Assembly (NCBI GenBank): GCA_037447605.1
Contig: CM074815.1
Location: forward strand, 1,860,001-1,924,000
Reading direction: 5' to 3'
Length of the DNA stretch: 64,000 nucleotides
Source: Zygnema circumcarinatum SAG 698-1b
Lineage: Eukaryota; Plantae; Zygnematophyceae
Shown here: piece by piece, positions 32,988 through 44,811 of the stretch
Position numbering within the stretch: the first letter of the stretch is position 1
Layout: the number at the start of each line of letters is the position of its first letter
Notes under the pieces: generated by a model
The model's database searches: none
Told to the model about the DNA's origin: nothing
The model's input: only the letters and a program-made list of their open reading frames with translations
Translations under genes and position numbers: made by a program

Positions 32988-34491
32988 TCAGGCTCGTGTC
33001 TTCTGCCATTTGCGGTATTCAGCTGAGGCAAGGAGGCCCTGCAGGGCCTCCTTTGTGCACTGCTGAGAGAGGCGCTTCATATCTTCTGAGCTCCGCAGCT
33101 GGTGGTTGCCACCCCTCCAGTGGTACCATGAAAGCTGCAGCTCCTCCTCGGGATGCCTCTCTTGCGCCGAATCTTTTTCACCCAACTCCCCCCTCCTCAA
33201 GCATAAGTCAGCCAATCAGATTCCCTCCTCCTCCCATTTGTTTTTCTTCTCCTTCCAACAACTTTCCTTCTTCCCCTGTCTCCATGTTCTCTTCGTCCCT
33301 TCTCTCCGTTAGTTTCTGTGTTCTCTCATTCCTTTCCCAATTCTCTACGTCCAACAGCACTCTCCTTCCCCATACACGCTGCGTGCCTCCTTCTTGTTGA
33401 CTCAAGCAGGGAGGGAGGCGTAAAATTTAAGAAAGCTCGTTCGAGCTACCGACGGATTTAAGGCTTCAAACTTGTGAAAACTCACCGAACTCGCAGGCCG
33501 GGAGAGCGCCATTGCTCTCATCAGAGTTAGCAATACTGGAAATCGACTCTGTCTCCTCCTCCTCCTCCTCACTTCTGGATGTAATTCAAGGCCAAAATTG
33601 CATCCCAATAATGCCCTTTCAGTGTCCCTGTGGTGAGGCACTTCCAAAATCATACCCCCTCGCCTTCATTGACTTTCCTCCGAACAAAAAAAGGTAGAAC
33701 ACGAGTAAAGCTACAAGACCCGAATTAATCGTCCCGAATGCTTTGAGCTCCGTCCAACTCACCTTCTTGAAACCTTGGAACGAAGCAGCTCCGCGCTGGC
33801 CACTGCCACAATAATTGACCCGGTACTCACAAGAAGGTTATTGGAGACCTGCATGCGCCACCCAGTAAACCCAGCCGTTATCTCCTCGCACGCCGGCATA
33901 ATCTTTGATAGCTACAACATATCCAAGCTATCTCTGACCATCAAAAGGTTGCTTGACGCAGACTCAGCCGCTAACCCACTCCCTCACCAGCCACACATAA
34001 CACTCAGTCGTAAACTCACTTGTCCGATGAGCACAATGGCCAGAAAGCTCAAAATTCCCTCAACCGCTTCTGAGGCTCGAGCTCGACCTGACTTCAAATT
34101 CTGTTTGTTCGTCGCAGAAAGCAAAAGCAGAGAGCCGATTACTAGGAAAACGACTCGCAAGTGTTGAAGCTCTGCGAATGCAAAAAAAAAAAAAAACTGA
34201 CAGCATAAGCCGATGCAGCTCTAATTGGGCATCTCAAGGAGACTGAGGAAGGTGGAGGCAGAAGCCAGAAAGGGAGGACAGGGAAGTGAAGGCCGAGCAG
34301 CAGGAAACAATCTTAATAGAAGGTAAAGACTTAGGTTGTATTTTATGTTTGGGATGTAAAAAGGGTTTACTTGCACCGCCTTCTCGGTGTAAACCTAAAA
34401 ATTCGGAAGCAGAGTGGTGGCAAAAAAGGAGGAAGTTAAGGAAGGGCGCTGTGGAGAGGCCCAGCAGGACGACTTTGCCATCTGGCGCCAT
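32988..34491 (-). CDS. Small multi-pass membrane protein with a NEMP (DUF2215)-like C-terminal motif; tentative
   Basis: In-phase hydrophobic exons MAPDGKVVLLGLSTAPFLNFLLF, LRVVFLVIGSLLLLSA, VEGILSFLAIVLIGQ and NNLLVSTGSIIVAVAS, an acidic stretch, then EDMKRLSQQCTKEALQGLLASAEYRKWQ*. The last motif recalls plant NEMP C-termini (from memory only). Confidence 0.45.
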
Positions 34492-35295
34492 AATGAGATT
34501 CCTATTAGAGGATCTCACATGGAAAAAGGTAGAGGGAGAGGGGCGGAAGGGGCGGGGAAAGAGAGGAAAGGGCGATAAAGAAAGGAGCGACCGAGGAAGG
34601 AGCGGACAAAAGAAAAGGGGAGAAGAGGGAGATTTTTCGAGAATATAGAAGGATAGGGCGGAGGGAGAGAGAAGGGGAGAGGGAAGGGGAGGGAGAGGGG
34701 GGGGGTGGGGAGGGAGTAGGATGAAGGAGAGCGAGGGCGAGGAAACTGAGGGAGAGAGAGGGAGGCGAGGTTCTGCGCTTGAAGGGGCGTCCCAACGGGA
34801 ATATTTTGAACTGTGACACATGTCACAACTGGCGCCGTTGAACTACACAAAATAACTTAAGTGTTCCACGCGGCCCAACGACGTCAGCGGGTCCAAGTCA
34901 GCAGTCAGCATCCAATCGGAAAGGTCCACGTGTCAAACTGCGTCGAGCTGCGATGTCACATGTCAGCGCGGACGGGCTTCTAGAGATCGGCAATCCATGC
35001 ATCCAGTTCCGTTCTGCCCTTCGACGCTGGAAATGCACAGAGACATGGATGCGTGTGGTTCTTCAAGCATACATCAGGAAGGGTCTCTCCCTTTCCTTCT
35101 CTCTCCCTCTCTCCCTCTCCCTCTCACCCTCTCCTCTCTCACTCCCTCTCCCTCTCCCTCCTATTCTCCGGCCGGCCCTCTCCCTCGCGCTCACATCCAA
35201 CATAGGGTCTTGCAGTTCGTGTGTTATGTTAGAAAACAGAGCACAGTCTCCTTGCTTCTGTTTGAAAAACTGAAACGAAAAGCAGTTGCACCCAC

Positions 35296-38200
35296 TCAAC
35301 CATCCATCCACATGAACAGACACACGCTCCAAGGAAGGATCACCCAAGTAAAAGGAAGGCCCCATGCGAAGCCATTCAGAAGGGTAGACTTCGAGGTGGC
35401 TACCAAAGTGAAGGCCCCTCTCCCCGCTGCGTAGACATCTTTCCCTGAATCCTGTACACCTTGGAATCCAGAATACGGAAGACTATACATCATCGGATCC
35501 AAGCCGGAGCCTAAGCGAGGGAGTACCCTATTTTTGGGGCCACTCTAGGGCCCACAAGCTGAAAATAGCGACTCAGCTGCTGCACAAGTAACCCTTCACC
35601 ATGTGGCAGCAGCAGGCGCCTCAACTCCTGTACATAGAAAGGCGAAGAGGGCATTTCATAAGTTCCATGCATTATCAGCATTCATGGAGAATAGAGTGAA
35701 AGGATAAGATTACTAAGCCCCCTGAAAGAAGCCGAGTGGATATGAGCTGAATGAAGCCCTTATTAGTACAGTCCCTGCTAAAGACAAGCAAGTGTATGGA
35801 AAAAAAAGCTCTTCCAGTCCATACCCTGAACGACAAGCAGACCTCGTCAACCAGTAACGGAATGCTGTTGATGCCCTCCTTGGTTTGCCTCTCCAAATCT
35901 GCCAACTCCTGCTTCGTGAGCGATAAAGAAGTGGCAGCATCGTGTATGCTGGAGACTCCGGATACTTCACCACTCCTCTCCTCATCGCCGTCGCTCTCAT
36001 CACCACTCCTCTCCTCATAGCTGTCGCTCTCATCTCCAGAGCCTGACTGCTCCATAAACTCATCTCTCGGGCCTGCCTCATTTTGCTCACTAAGGGCCTG
36101 TAACTCGAACTTCTCATTTGAACGCTCATCTGTTGGCACGGGATCTTTCAGCTGCCGAATGGCAGCTTCAAGGGCAGACGATGCAGTTTGAGCGACTTCA
36201 GTGGTCATAGAAGGCTTTTCACTCTCACAGCAAGTTGTACAGGTTGATGGTGGATCTGTGAGTGCAGTTGCAGGAGACTGTTGCAGTCTTGTCAATGCTG
36301 TCGAGTATGGTACCCATCTGCAAAGATTCACTCCACATTGTCACTGGCTGGAAATTCTAAGGACAAGCCATTGAAGCTTAAGGGAACTCCTGTCAGGAGA
36401 AGCTATCATGTCTTTGCACACTCTCTGCTTGACTACACACACGTTCTGGACGTTCTGGATAAGAACTCCCTGCTTTCTATATTCAAAAGCAGCAAGTTCC
36501 ATCCTTCCGCAATCAGAATAAGAATCTCAGTATTCTATTCTACGTAGTTCGTAGAAAGCTATTCTAAAGTAATGGTAGGATGAATTCTTATTGACTCTGA
36601 TAGAGAAGATTTGAAGCTCTATAAAGTTGCACTGATAGAGCTAGTACGAGGGTAACAGCAATGGAGCGAAAAGAAGCGAACTTACTGTAACCGCAACGGA
36701 CAGAGGAGCTCCGATGGAGAGTACGCTGCCTTATACTTCATCTTCGGGCAGGTGTGGATGTAGAAACCAAGGTAGTAGTATTCCAAAGAGGAACATTCCT
36801 TGTGTGCCTTCCGAACCCAGTCTATCTCTTGTAGAGCTGAGAATTTCCCAAGTGAAAGGAAGGCCAAGTCTGGATCCCAGAAAAGATACTTGCTAGACAA
36901 GCATTTAGGCAGAACATCCACCACGCCCACAGCAACAAGCCGGCCATCAATGCGGTACTGCTGATGGAAAGATCCAAATCCACACGCCGGGACAGAGCTT
37001 CTTTCACCTGGTCCTTGGAATATGAGAGGCGTTTCTACCAGAAACTGGGTGTATGAGTATGTTGATATGGAGCTTTCATCGTCCCCATGAACCCTTACTT
37101 GATACTTACGATATAGCTGAAACTCCTCCTCTAAAAAACGAGAAGGGGTCATTGAAATCTCCAGCTTGTGGTGCCCACCAGAACTTGCATCGTCCCTGCC
37201 TATGTCTCCTTCATTCAAGTGCTCTATCAAGTTCTGATGTCGCTGAGAGCTAACCTTAATCTCATTGAAATGATCGTTTTTTTCATTCTGCACTCCTGTC
37301 TGCTGGCATAGTCCCTCAGTGCCTTTCTCAGTTTCATTCGTACGCACTAATTTCTTAGAATCGCGTACATGGTCAGACCCATTTCCACCAACAACCTGAA
37401 GCCTCGTAAAATTCAAGTGGCCCTTGCAAGCTGTAACCTTGAGGCATCCAGGAACACTATCAGAATGAAGATGATCAGCCAAACGTTCTGCAACCGATAT
37501 TGGATCTAGGCCTACTTTCAGGGGTTTACAAGGCTGTATATGCTGGGGTGATTGAGCAGGTTCGTCGTCTTTTGATGAAACTGCTGCACTATCGTTTTGT
37601 CTCCTTAAAGCTGCAGCAACAACAAATGCCACGTTGCTGGTGTAAAGAAGTTCTTCTCCAGGCGGTTTAACTTGAGCCTTTATTTTTGCTGCAGCAGGAC
37701 GCACTGTCACCTTGGGGATCGAGGCAAGCCTTGGTAATTGCCCGCTCTCAAAACATTGACCAATAGATGCCTCTATACACTGCACAAGTGAACCCTGTTG
37801 TAGATTCTCAATGCCCTCCCGCTCCTTTAATACCTGTTGCTTATTTGAAATTGGAACATATTTTGGTACAAAGCCTCTCCCTCTTGAGGCCCCCACTTTC
37901 TCTTGCACTGCCGGGACAGAAGAAGGTAGACCTCCTTCAGAAATTCCGCGTCCGTTCACTACCCCTTCACTATGCAAACCTTCTTCATTTATTTTCAAGT
38001 CGCTTTTAACCGCTTGTAAGCTTCCGGTTAGGTACCTGCAAAAGTGCTGGACGAGCAAGGTCAGGCAACCTGTTACTCTAGTGTTGACCCCGCTTTGCCC
38101 TTCAACTACTAGACAGCCGCCAAGCACATTCATTTATTTAGGAAAAAAAGCAAATTGCACAGCCAACTAAAACAAGAGTTTCAAAGGATTTTAAGGTAGT

Positions 38201-38761
38201 TGAATGCGGTCCAATTCTTGGCAGACCTGTCCATGCGGCGTAGAACTCGTCGCTGCTCTTTCGTCGGGACAAAGTGTTCCGCCGGCAGACGGATTGTGTA
38301 GGGAGGGCAGCACGTCTTGCCGACTGTTGGCTTGTAGAGCCATTTTCCCGACCTTCGCCACCCTCTGTCCAGGAGTTCTGAAAAGCCGAAAAAAGAAAAC
38401 AATGTCATTGTGAAAAGAAAAACTTGATGGTGTTTCCACCGCGAGCCTTTGGCATATCTGCAATAAGAAGTCAACGAGAATAAACTAGTCCCCTTACCTT
38501 GATAGTCTTCTACCGTCAGAGTATGCGCCGACATTCCTGCAGCGACGAGTAATAAAGAAATAAACAGCAAAAAACTGAAACAATCAGAATGTTGCACCTT
38601 CAAGACAACCCTGCACGTTCCAGCGGTGCTTCCTCCCCCCTGCACTGACCGTGCGAGACGCTCGTCTTCCTGGTGCTCCCGCAATAGCCGCACTTGGACG
38701 TGTACTCCCCCTGGTCCTGCACGAAGCTCCCCGTGTGCCGACCCCCCCTCCTGCCCGCCAT
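35296..38761 (-). CDS. ATE1: Arginyl-tRNA--protein transferase (Arg/N-degron pathway); 3' end approximate
   Basis: SKCGYCGSTRKTSVSHG, LTVEDYQ|ELLDRGWRRSGKWLYKP, KTCCPPYTIRL (ATE_N). EEEFQLYRKYQVRVHGD, GFGSFHQQYRIDGRLVAVGVVDVLPKCLSSKYLFWDPD, YYYLGFYIHTCPKMKYKAAYSPSELLCP (ATE_C). Last exon LSRYFQLVGP. Confidence 0.95.
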
Positions 38762-39157
38762 GGCCGGCCAGCCGAGCAAGGCTGCTCCGGCTGCCGCCCT
38801 CCTCCCTTGCAAGACTCTCCTGCCGAGCTCTCCCGCGATCACGACTTCTGGCATGCTCGATACCGTACTGAATATTACGATACTCAGGGATACGATATAA
38901 GAATAACGTAATGACATATTGAGACACGATACGATACGGTTCGGTTAGATACGATACGATACTGTACAATGCGAATGTTAGCGTGCTATCAGTTTTGATG
39001 AGTACCACTTCACCGGGAGAAATCGATCTAAATATTAGTACTTGAGTTTCCGCAGTGTAGGTGGTAACATCAAATTTGCAATGTACTTAGTTTGAAAATT
39101 ACAAAAAGATTGACACGCCAGGACGAGTCAAAGGTTGGGGAGGTGAAGGGTCCTTTG

Positions 39158-39334
39158 GGAAGGAGGAGGTGGCATTGGTCTCACGATGGCGATGATGCAA
39201 TGTACATGGACAACATCAGCATGGGAAACCACGAGGGACTGGTCGCAAAGGACCTAAGCACAAAAGAACAAAGCGAGGAGCGGAAAGCCACGCGTCGGGT
39301 CAGCAACGCTTCAAGCCCTCCCTCGAAGCAGCCG
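39158..39334 (-). mobile_element. 3'-end fragment of an RLE/CRE-like retroelement (left arm of an inverted pair)
   Basis: Its reverse complement aligns with 39493-39672 over about 175 bp and shares the ATGTACATT...GCCATCGTGAG end motif with 45029-45860. Confidence 0.75.
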
Positions 39335-39492
39335 TTTTGATGAAATTAAGTTCGAAATAAGTATAAGAACTTTTTGCAGTTTACGCTCCTTCGGCGTGAA
39401 GCCGCGGTTGTGGGTGACCGTGTCGGTGGCCTTCCCTCCCTCCCTCCCTCCCTCCCTCCCTCCCTCCCTCCCTCCGCGCGATGTGACCGTCG

Positions 39493-39672
39493 CGGCTGTT
39501 TTCGAGGGAGGGCTTGAAGCGTTGTTGAGCCGAGGCATGGCTTTCCGCTCCGAGCTTTGTTTGTTTGTCCTCAAGTCCTTTGTGACCACTTCCTCGTGGT
39601 TTCCAATGATGATTTTGTCGATGTACATTTGATGGCCTCGCCATCGTGAGACAAATGCCACATCCCCTCTCT
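39493..39672 (+). mobile_element. 3'-end fragment of an RLE/CRE-like retroelement (right arm of an inverted pair)
   Basis: Shares TTGTGACC...TGGTT...ATGTACATTTGATGGCCTNGCCATCGTGAG with the 3' UTR of the 45 kb and 59 kb copies. It begins at the CGGCTG that ends their ORF. Confidence 0.78.
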
Positions 39673-39713
39673 CGTTCTGCATTTACTGTACCATATTAAA
39701 GCAAAATTTTAAG

Positions 39714-40008
39714 GGAGAACTATATACCGCCCCCCTTTTTTGGTTATCCCGCCACTGTTTTTTTGAAATCCGACCCTCCCATTTCGGCTATTCTGCCCCC
39801 TATTTTGAAATATCCCGCCCCCCCCATTTTGGATATTTTCCCCCCCGCGTTTTCTCCTTCTCACACATCAGCGCAACGTTCGAGAGAGAGAGCAACGGAG
39901 AGAAAGAGAGTGAGCACAGGAGTGAGAGCAAAGGAGAGAGAGACTAGAGTAGAGAGCACAGGAGAGAGCAAAGGAGAGAAAGACTAGAGGAGAGAGAGCA
40001 GAGGAGAC

Positions 40009-40040
<32 letters not shown>

Positions 40041-41051
40041 CGCAGAGTGAGAGTAGAGGAGAGAGACTACAGGAGAGAGCAAAGGAGAGAGAAGAGAGAG
40101 AGAGAGCAAAGGAGCGAGAGCCGAGGAGAGAGAGTATAGAGGAGAGAGAAAGAGCAGAGGAGTGAGAGTAGAGGAGAGAGAGACTAGAGGGGAGAGCAAA
40201 GGAGAGAGAGAATGAGCAGAGGAGAGAGAGAGTGTGAGTAGAGGAGTGAGAGCAAAGGGGAGAGAGACTAGAGGAGAGAGCACAGGAGAGAGCAAAGGAG
40301 AGAGAGAGAATGAGCAGAGGAGAAAGAGTAGAGGAGAGAAAGACTAGAGGAGAGAGAGCAGAGGAGAGATATTCCTCTTCTTACTACTCTCTTCCAGACC
40401 TCTGTCCTCGTAGGTCCCCCCGCTAAAGCATTGCAGGTAGAGTCGGCGGCTATCGCTATGTTTGCCGATCTTGATGTGAAATCCTTCCTTCTTGTAGTGC
40501 AAGAAGGAAGGATTCTTCTTGTGTCTTCTTCTTGTACAAGCTCATCGCGAGTCTTATACTCAGTCATTTGTGTGGAAATTGCAAACCAAGAGGAAGAAGG
40601 GAAGGGAGGGGAGGGCAGGGTAGGGAAGGGGAGGGGAGGGGAGAGGACGGGAGGGGAGGGCAGGGGGAGGGGAGGGGAGGGGAGGGCAAGGGAGGGGAGG
40701 GCAGGGGAGGGGAGGGCAGGGGAGGGGAGGGCAGGGGAGGGGAGGGCAGGGGAGGGGAAGGGAGGGGAGGGGAGGGCAAGGGAGGGGAGGGCAGGGGAGG
40801 GGAAGGGAGGGGAGGGGAGGGCAGGGAATGGGAGGGGAGGGGAGGGGGGTATGGGAGGGGTGGGAGGGGAGGGCAGGGGGGGGGAGGGGAGAGGACGGGA
40901 GGGGCGGGAAAGGAATATTCAAAACAGGGGGGCGATCTCCTCCCGAAATATCCAAAATGGGGGAGGGGGGCAGAATAGCCGAAATGGGAGGGTCGGATTT
41001 CAAAAAAACGGTGGCGGGATAACCAAAAAAGGGGGCGGTATATAGTTCTCC
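39714..41051. mobile_element. Non-autonomous Mutator-like element (MULE), internal deletion derivative
   Basis: TIRs 39714-39800 and 40966-41051 start GGAGAACTATATACCGCC and differ by one substitution and one 1-bp indel. Perfect 9-bp TSD AATTTTAAG at 39705-39713 and 41052-41060. The interior holds GA-rich and (GGGGA/GGGCA)n repeats and a transposase-like fragment. Confidence 0.93.
40366..40567 (-). pseudogene. Frameshifted N-terminal fragment of a MULE/FAR1-type transposase
   Basis: [13 protein letters not shown], then in a shifted frame [43 protein letters not shown]. This fits the F.xREEL...GF.x.I..S...L.C..GG.Y pattern of the MULE N-terminal DNA-binding domain. Confidence 0.62.
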
Positions 41052-41233
41052 AATTTTAAGTACTCTTTTTGGATTATATGCAGAAGCGCAATGGTAGAAT
41101 TTAACACGCTTCGACTGAACTGTCACAGAACATCTTGGAGATCGAAACAGCGCTGAAATTTGTTTTACAGGCTTTTGAACTGGAACGGGTGGAGCCGGTA
41201 CAGGGAGACGCGAGAAGAAGACGCGGGGCAGCC

Positions 41234-42436
41234 ATGGCTGCCGCGGAGCCTGCAGCTCCACCCCTCAACTCTCTGCCCTCTGAAGTGCTTCTCCCTATTC
41301 TTCTGCGAGCCTTGCCTACAGTGCGCCAGCGCATCGCAGGGCAGCTTGTCTGCGCGACATGGCGCGCGCTTCTGAACCAGCCCGAAGCGCACCAGGAGCT
41401 CGACTTCTCAGACATGGCGCACGTGTCGACCACGGCTGTGTCGTCAATGATTCAGAAAAGCCGAGATTTAAGTGGAGGATGTATTCTGGAAAGTCTCAAT
41501 GTTTCAGGGGCTTCGGAGGTTTCCATGGCGGAACTTATGCCTGTGCTGCGAGACTGTCGGAACTTGAAGGAGGTCATTGCTTGCGAGGGGTTGAATGGCA
41601 GGCCTAAATTGAATTACTATCTTATTTCCGAGCTCATTTATGGACTTGGAAATAGTCAAAAGGCAACCTGGACTCTTGACTTGGAAATTAACAAGTTGCA
41701 TTCAAAATATTTTGGAGGCTTGATGGCAGCTGTAGCAGGGAAGATACCGCACGTAAAGGTCAAAGGATGCCAATTGAAGGTGTCTTTTGGAGATGTTATA
41801 TGGGATGATATTGCGCAAGCGATACATGCCAATATGTCATTGGAGCGATTATCCCTTTTCTTTAAGAGGGATTTAAGTCCACCTCACGGGATTGACTTTT
41901 ATGCGTGGCTGTTTAGTAGAATTGAATTCCATGAATCTCTTTCACAGCTCGATATAGTTGGGCTGCCGCCTCTGCAGTTTCCCTATGATTTTGAAGGAAT
42001 CTTGTCCGAAACAACTAGCATCAACATCAGGAACTTTTTTTCGTCATTGCCATGTTTGAAAAGGCTCTCCTTTAAAGGATGCTTCATGCCGGACTTCCTT
42101 TTGAAAGGTCTCATAAGCTATTTGGCATCACCATATTCGAGGTGTATCGAGGAATGTGAGTTGATAGAAAGTTCTATCTACGATACTGAAGCAGCTGAGA
42201 TGGTCGTACAATGGCTGCAAGCGCTGGAATGGCATCAAAATTTGAAGATATTGCGATGGTCATCCAGATTTAATAATGAATTGACTACCTTAGCTAGCCT
42301 TATAGGCAACAAAGCCTTGCAAGTTTTAGACTTGCGGAGGAGCACCCTCTCTCACTATGGCGTTATGCTATTGCTGGAGCATCTCAAGCACGATACGCAA
42401 TTATCTGTGCTGAGAATGGATGGTGAGAAGCCATGA
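41234..42436 (+). CDS. F-box protein with LRR/RNI-like repeats; large first exon, may splice on to about 43840
   Basis: GCCATGG start, F-box-like LNSLPSEVLLPILLRALP...VCATWRALL...ELDFS, and LRR-like segments LESLNVSG, LERLSL, LKRLSFKGC, LQVLDLRRSTLSHYG. A G|GTGAG donor lies just before the stop, with exon-like blocks at about 42560, 43250, 43580 and 43700. Confidence 0.7.
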   Translation: MAAAEPAAPPLNSLPSEVLLPILLRALPTVRQRIAGQLVCATWRALLNQPEAHQELDFSDMAHVSTTAVSSMIQKSRDLSGGCILESLNVSGASEVSMAELMPVLRDCRNLKEVIACEGLNGRPKLNYYLISELIYGLGNSQKATWTLDLEINKLHSKYFGGLMAAVAGKIPHVKVKGCQLKVSFGDVIWDDIAQAIHANMSLERLSLFFKRDLSPPHGIDFYAWLFSRIEFHESLSQLDIVGLPPLQFPYDFEGILSETTSINIRNFFSSLPCLKRLSFKGCFMPDFLLKGLISYLASPYSRCIEECELIESSIYDTEAAEMVVQWLQALEWHQNLKILRWSSRFNNELTTLASLIGNKALQVLDLRRSTLSHYGVMLLLEHLKHDTQLSVLRMDGEKP

Positions 42437-44811
42437 TTCCTTATTATGGCGATGATGACCTTTAAGCCAATCTTGCTTTCTGGAGACCATTGAGTGAGCC
42501 ATATTACTGAATGCGGAGCATGCCCTGTTCTGCTAATGCAGACTGCACATGGAGTAGCTCAGTCTATGATTTTGAAGGAACTCAACTGATGGAGGCTATT
42601 TATGAATCCCTTCAGAATAGAGGTGGACTCGCAACTTTCGGTCTCACTTTGCCCCCTTGGCGTCAGCCTTTCATGAAATCAGGAGAAGCTCATCTTCTGT
42701 CCTTGTCTTCCATTCTGAGTGTTATTGTCCGCCTGGGCAACGGAGAAGAACGTCTTGTCCAAATGCTTCACTTATCATGTAAGTTAGAGTTCCTGAATTC
42801 TCAAGATCCAACCTTTCTTTTTGCATCCCTGAGTGGGTCAACCGTATTCTATTCATTTAGGCTGCTTTTTCATGCGAGGGTGTGCCAGTAGAGTATTGCT
42901 GATGCGTATCAAGGCCACCCCGCATCTGCTGGTATTAATTTTCTTTGCTGGCATAAAGAATGTGCATGAGTTTCTCCACCGCCCCTGTTTTCACATGCAT
43001 GTGGATTCTTAGACCACCTATTCTGTGCCTTGGATAGTCGCACCTTGCAAACTTTCAAAACATTCCTTCCATATCTCTCCAGGAAATAGCGACTTCTTTG
43101 TCCCAATTTTTTGTGTCAAAGTTAACTTCTTTTGGATGAATGGATACTTTTCTTTCCTGGCTCGCACTGACTGCTTGAGATGTACTCTTCCAGTTTCTCA
43201 ACCCCAATTCGTTATAGTAACAGTGCTTGATAGTGGAGGGACTGGCAGGTGCAGAAGTCAATCTGACTCTATTTGATCGAGCGATGTTTCGGCACACCCT
43301 CGGCTTAGTCTGTCTGCCGAACGTCAAAAGGGGTATTGTCCTTCGAATGCCAATAAATGCTGAGCAAGATGTTTTTTTGACAAAATGAAAAAGCATGTCT
43401 TTTTTCGTACTGGAGATGAGTAGTGAATCCCTTTCTAATAAGTAAGACCAATAAACCAGATTTTAAAAGCACGCGTGCTTTTTCTCTTGAAAGAAACGGT
43501 TAAACTTTTCATCATTTGTATAAAGGGATTTTGCATTTGTCATGCTTTCTCTGGTTGGCTAAAGAATAGTGAGCTGCTTGCAGGGGACGAACACTATGGA
43601 ACCATTCTGACGAGTCGAGGGAACATTTGGCAAACGCATGCTCTTGTGAGTTTTGCAAATTGAGCTGAACCTGCATTCGTCCTTTCTGTACTATCTAGGC
43701 CCCTTCAGTGGTCCACTGGGCCCAAAAAAAATCGGAGTTTAATGGAAAAATCTGCAAATTGGTTGAGCCACCTTCTCTTCAGTGCATATAATGGGCAGTT
43801 GGACATTTCAAGCATAGGAATAGACCTTATGGAACTTCAAATATAGATCAACAGGCCCTCAACCATTCTGTTGTTGCACGTTCGGCACGTACTGCTGAAG
43901 TGCCCCTGTGTGGCATACTTAACCCTAAAAGGGACTTGACCTATTTTTTGGTGCTTTACAGGGTAATCCATTTCAATGCCCTATTCCCCTCCAACACCCG
44001 TGGCATCAAAGGGCATTCGACAGCTTGATGCTGCTCTTATCGCAGCACTTGGCGGGTCCTTTGTGGGCTTTAACACGCCTGTTGCAGCTCGCCTTTTGGT
44101 TTGTTTGCCAGCCTGTTCTAGTGCTGTTCGTGCTCTTGTCGGGCATACCATCTTGGCAAGAGATTAAGTTGTACAGTAGGGAGCAGGTAGGCTATCTGAG
44201 AGAGGCTGGTTGGCACTGTTGCTGGCCTGGAAGGATGCTGTTCAATGGTGTGCTTCGTCTTGTCTATAAGCCCATCAGTGCTGCTGGTGAATAGCAGTGG
44301 CTGGCTATGTGGGTGCATTCTGTTTGGCAGGAGAGCAGGATCGCATTCGTGGGTGCAGGGCAAAGGGAGGTTTGGCTGTATGGGGCATGTCCAGAGTTTA
44401 AAGGCCAATAGTTGGTGAGAGGAATATGCATGTAGAGGATGGGTAAGGATGGAACTCTTTTGTGATGTTCAAAAAAACATTGATCGTCAACATGGCTGAT
44501 TTGCCATCGTTATATGACACCATAGCCCTAGCGATTATCGTATCGTACTATACCGCCCATTTTACACAACACTATGGTGTAGATCAAAGGCATTAACCTG
44601 ACTGAACTACGGTTCAAGAACTAAGGAACTTAAATTCTCCTGATTATTGGCTCGTGCAAATTTTCATTAATCACTATTCTTAAGACCCTACCTTTGGAGG
44701 AAGCGACTCCCACCCCCACCCCCACCCCCACCCCCNNNNNNNNNNTCTCCCTCTCCCTCTCCCTCTCCCTCTCCCTCTCCCTCTCAACCAAGTTCCTGAG
44801 CCATCGACTTC

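Noticed and set aside
43960-44420. Possible decayed LINE fragment (GIRQLDAALIAALGG...LLVCLPA)
   Set aside because: Only a vague resemblance to RT-thumb regions and no diagnostic motif.
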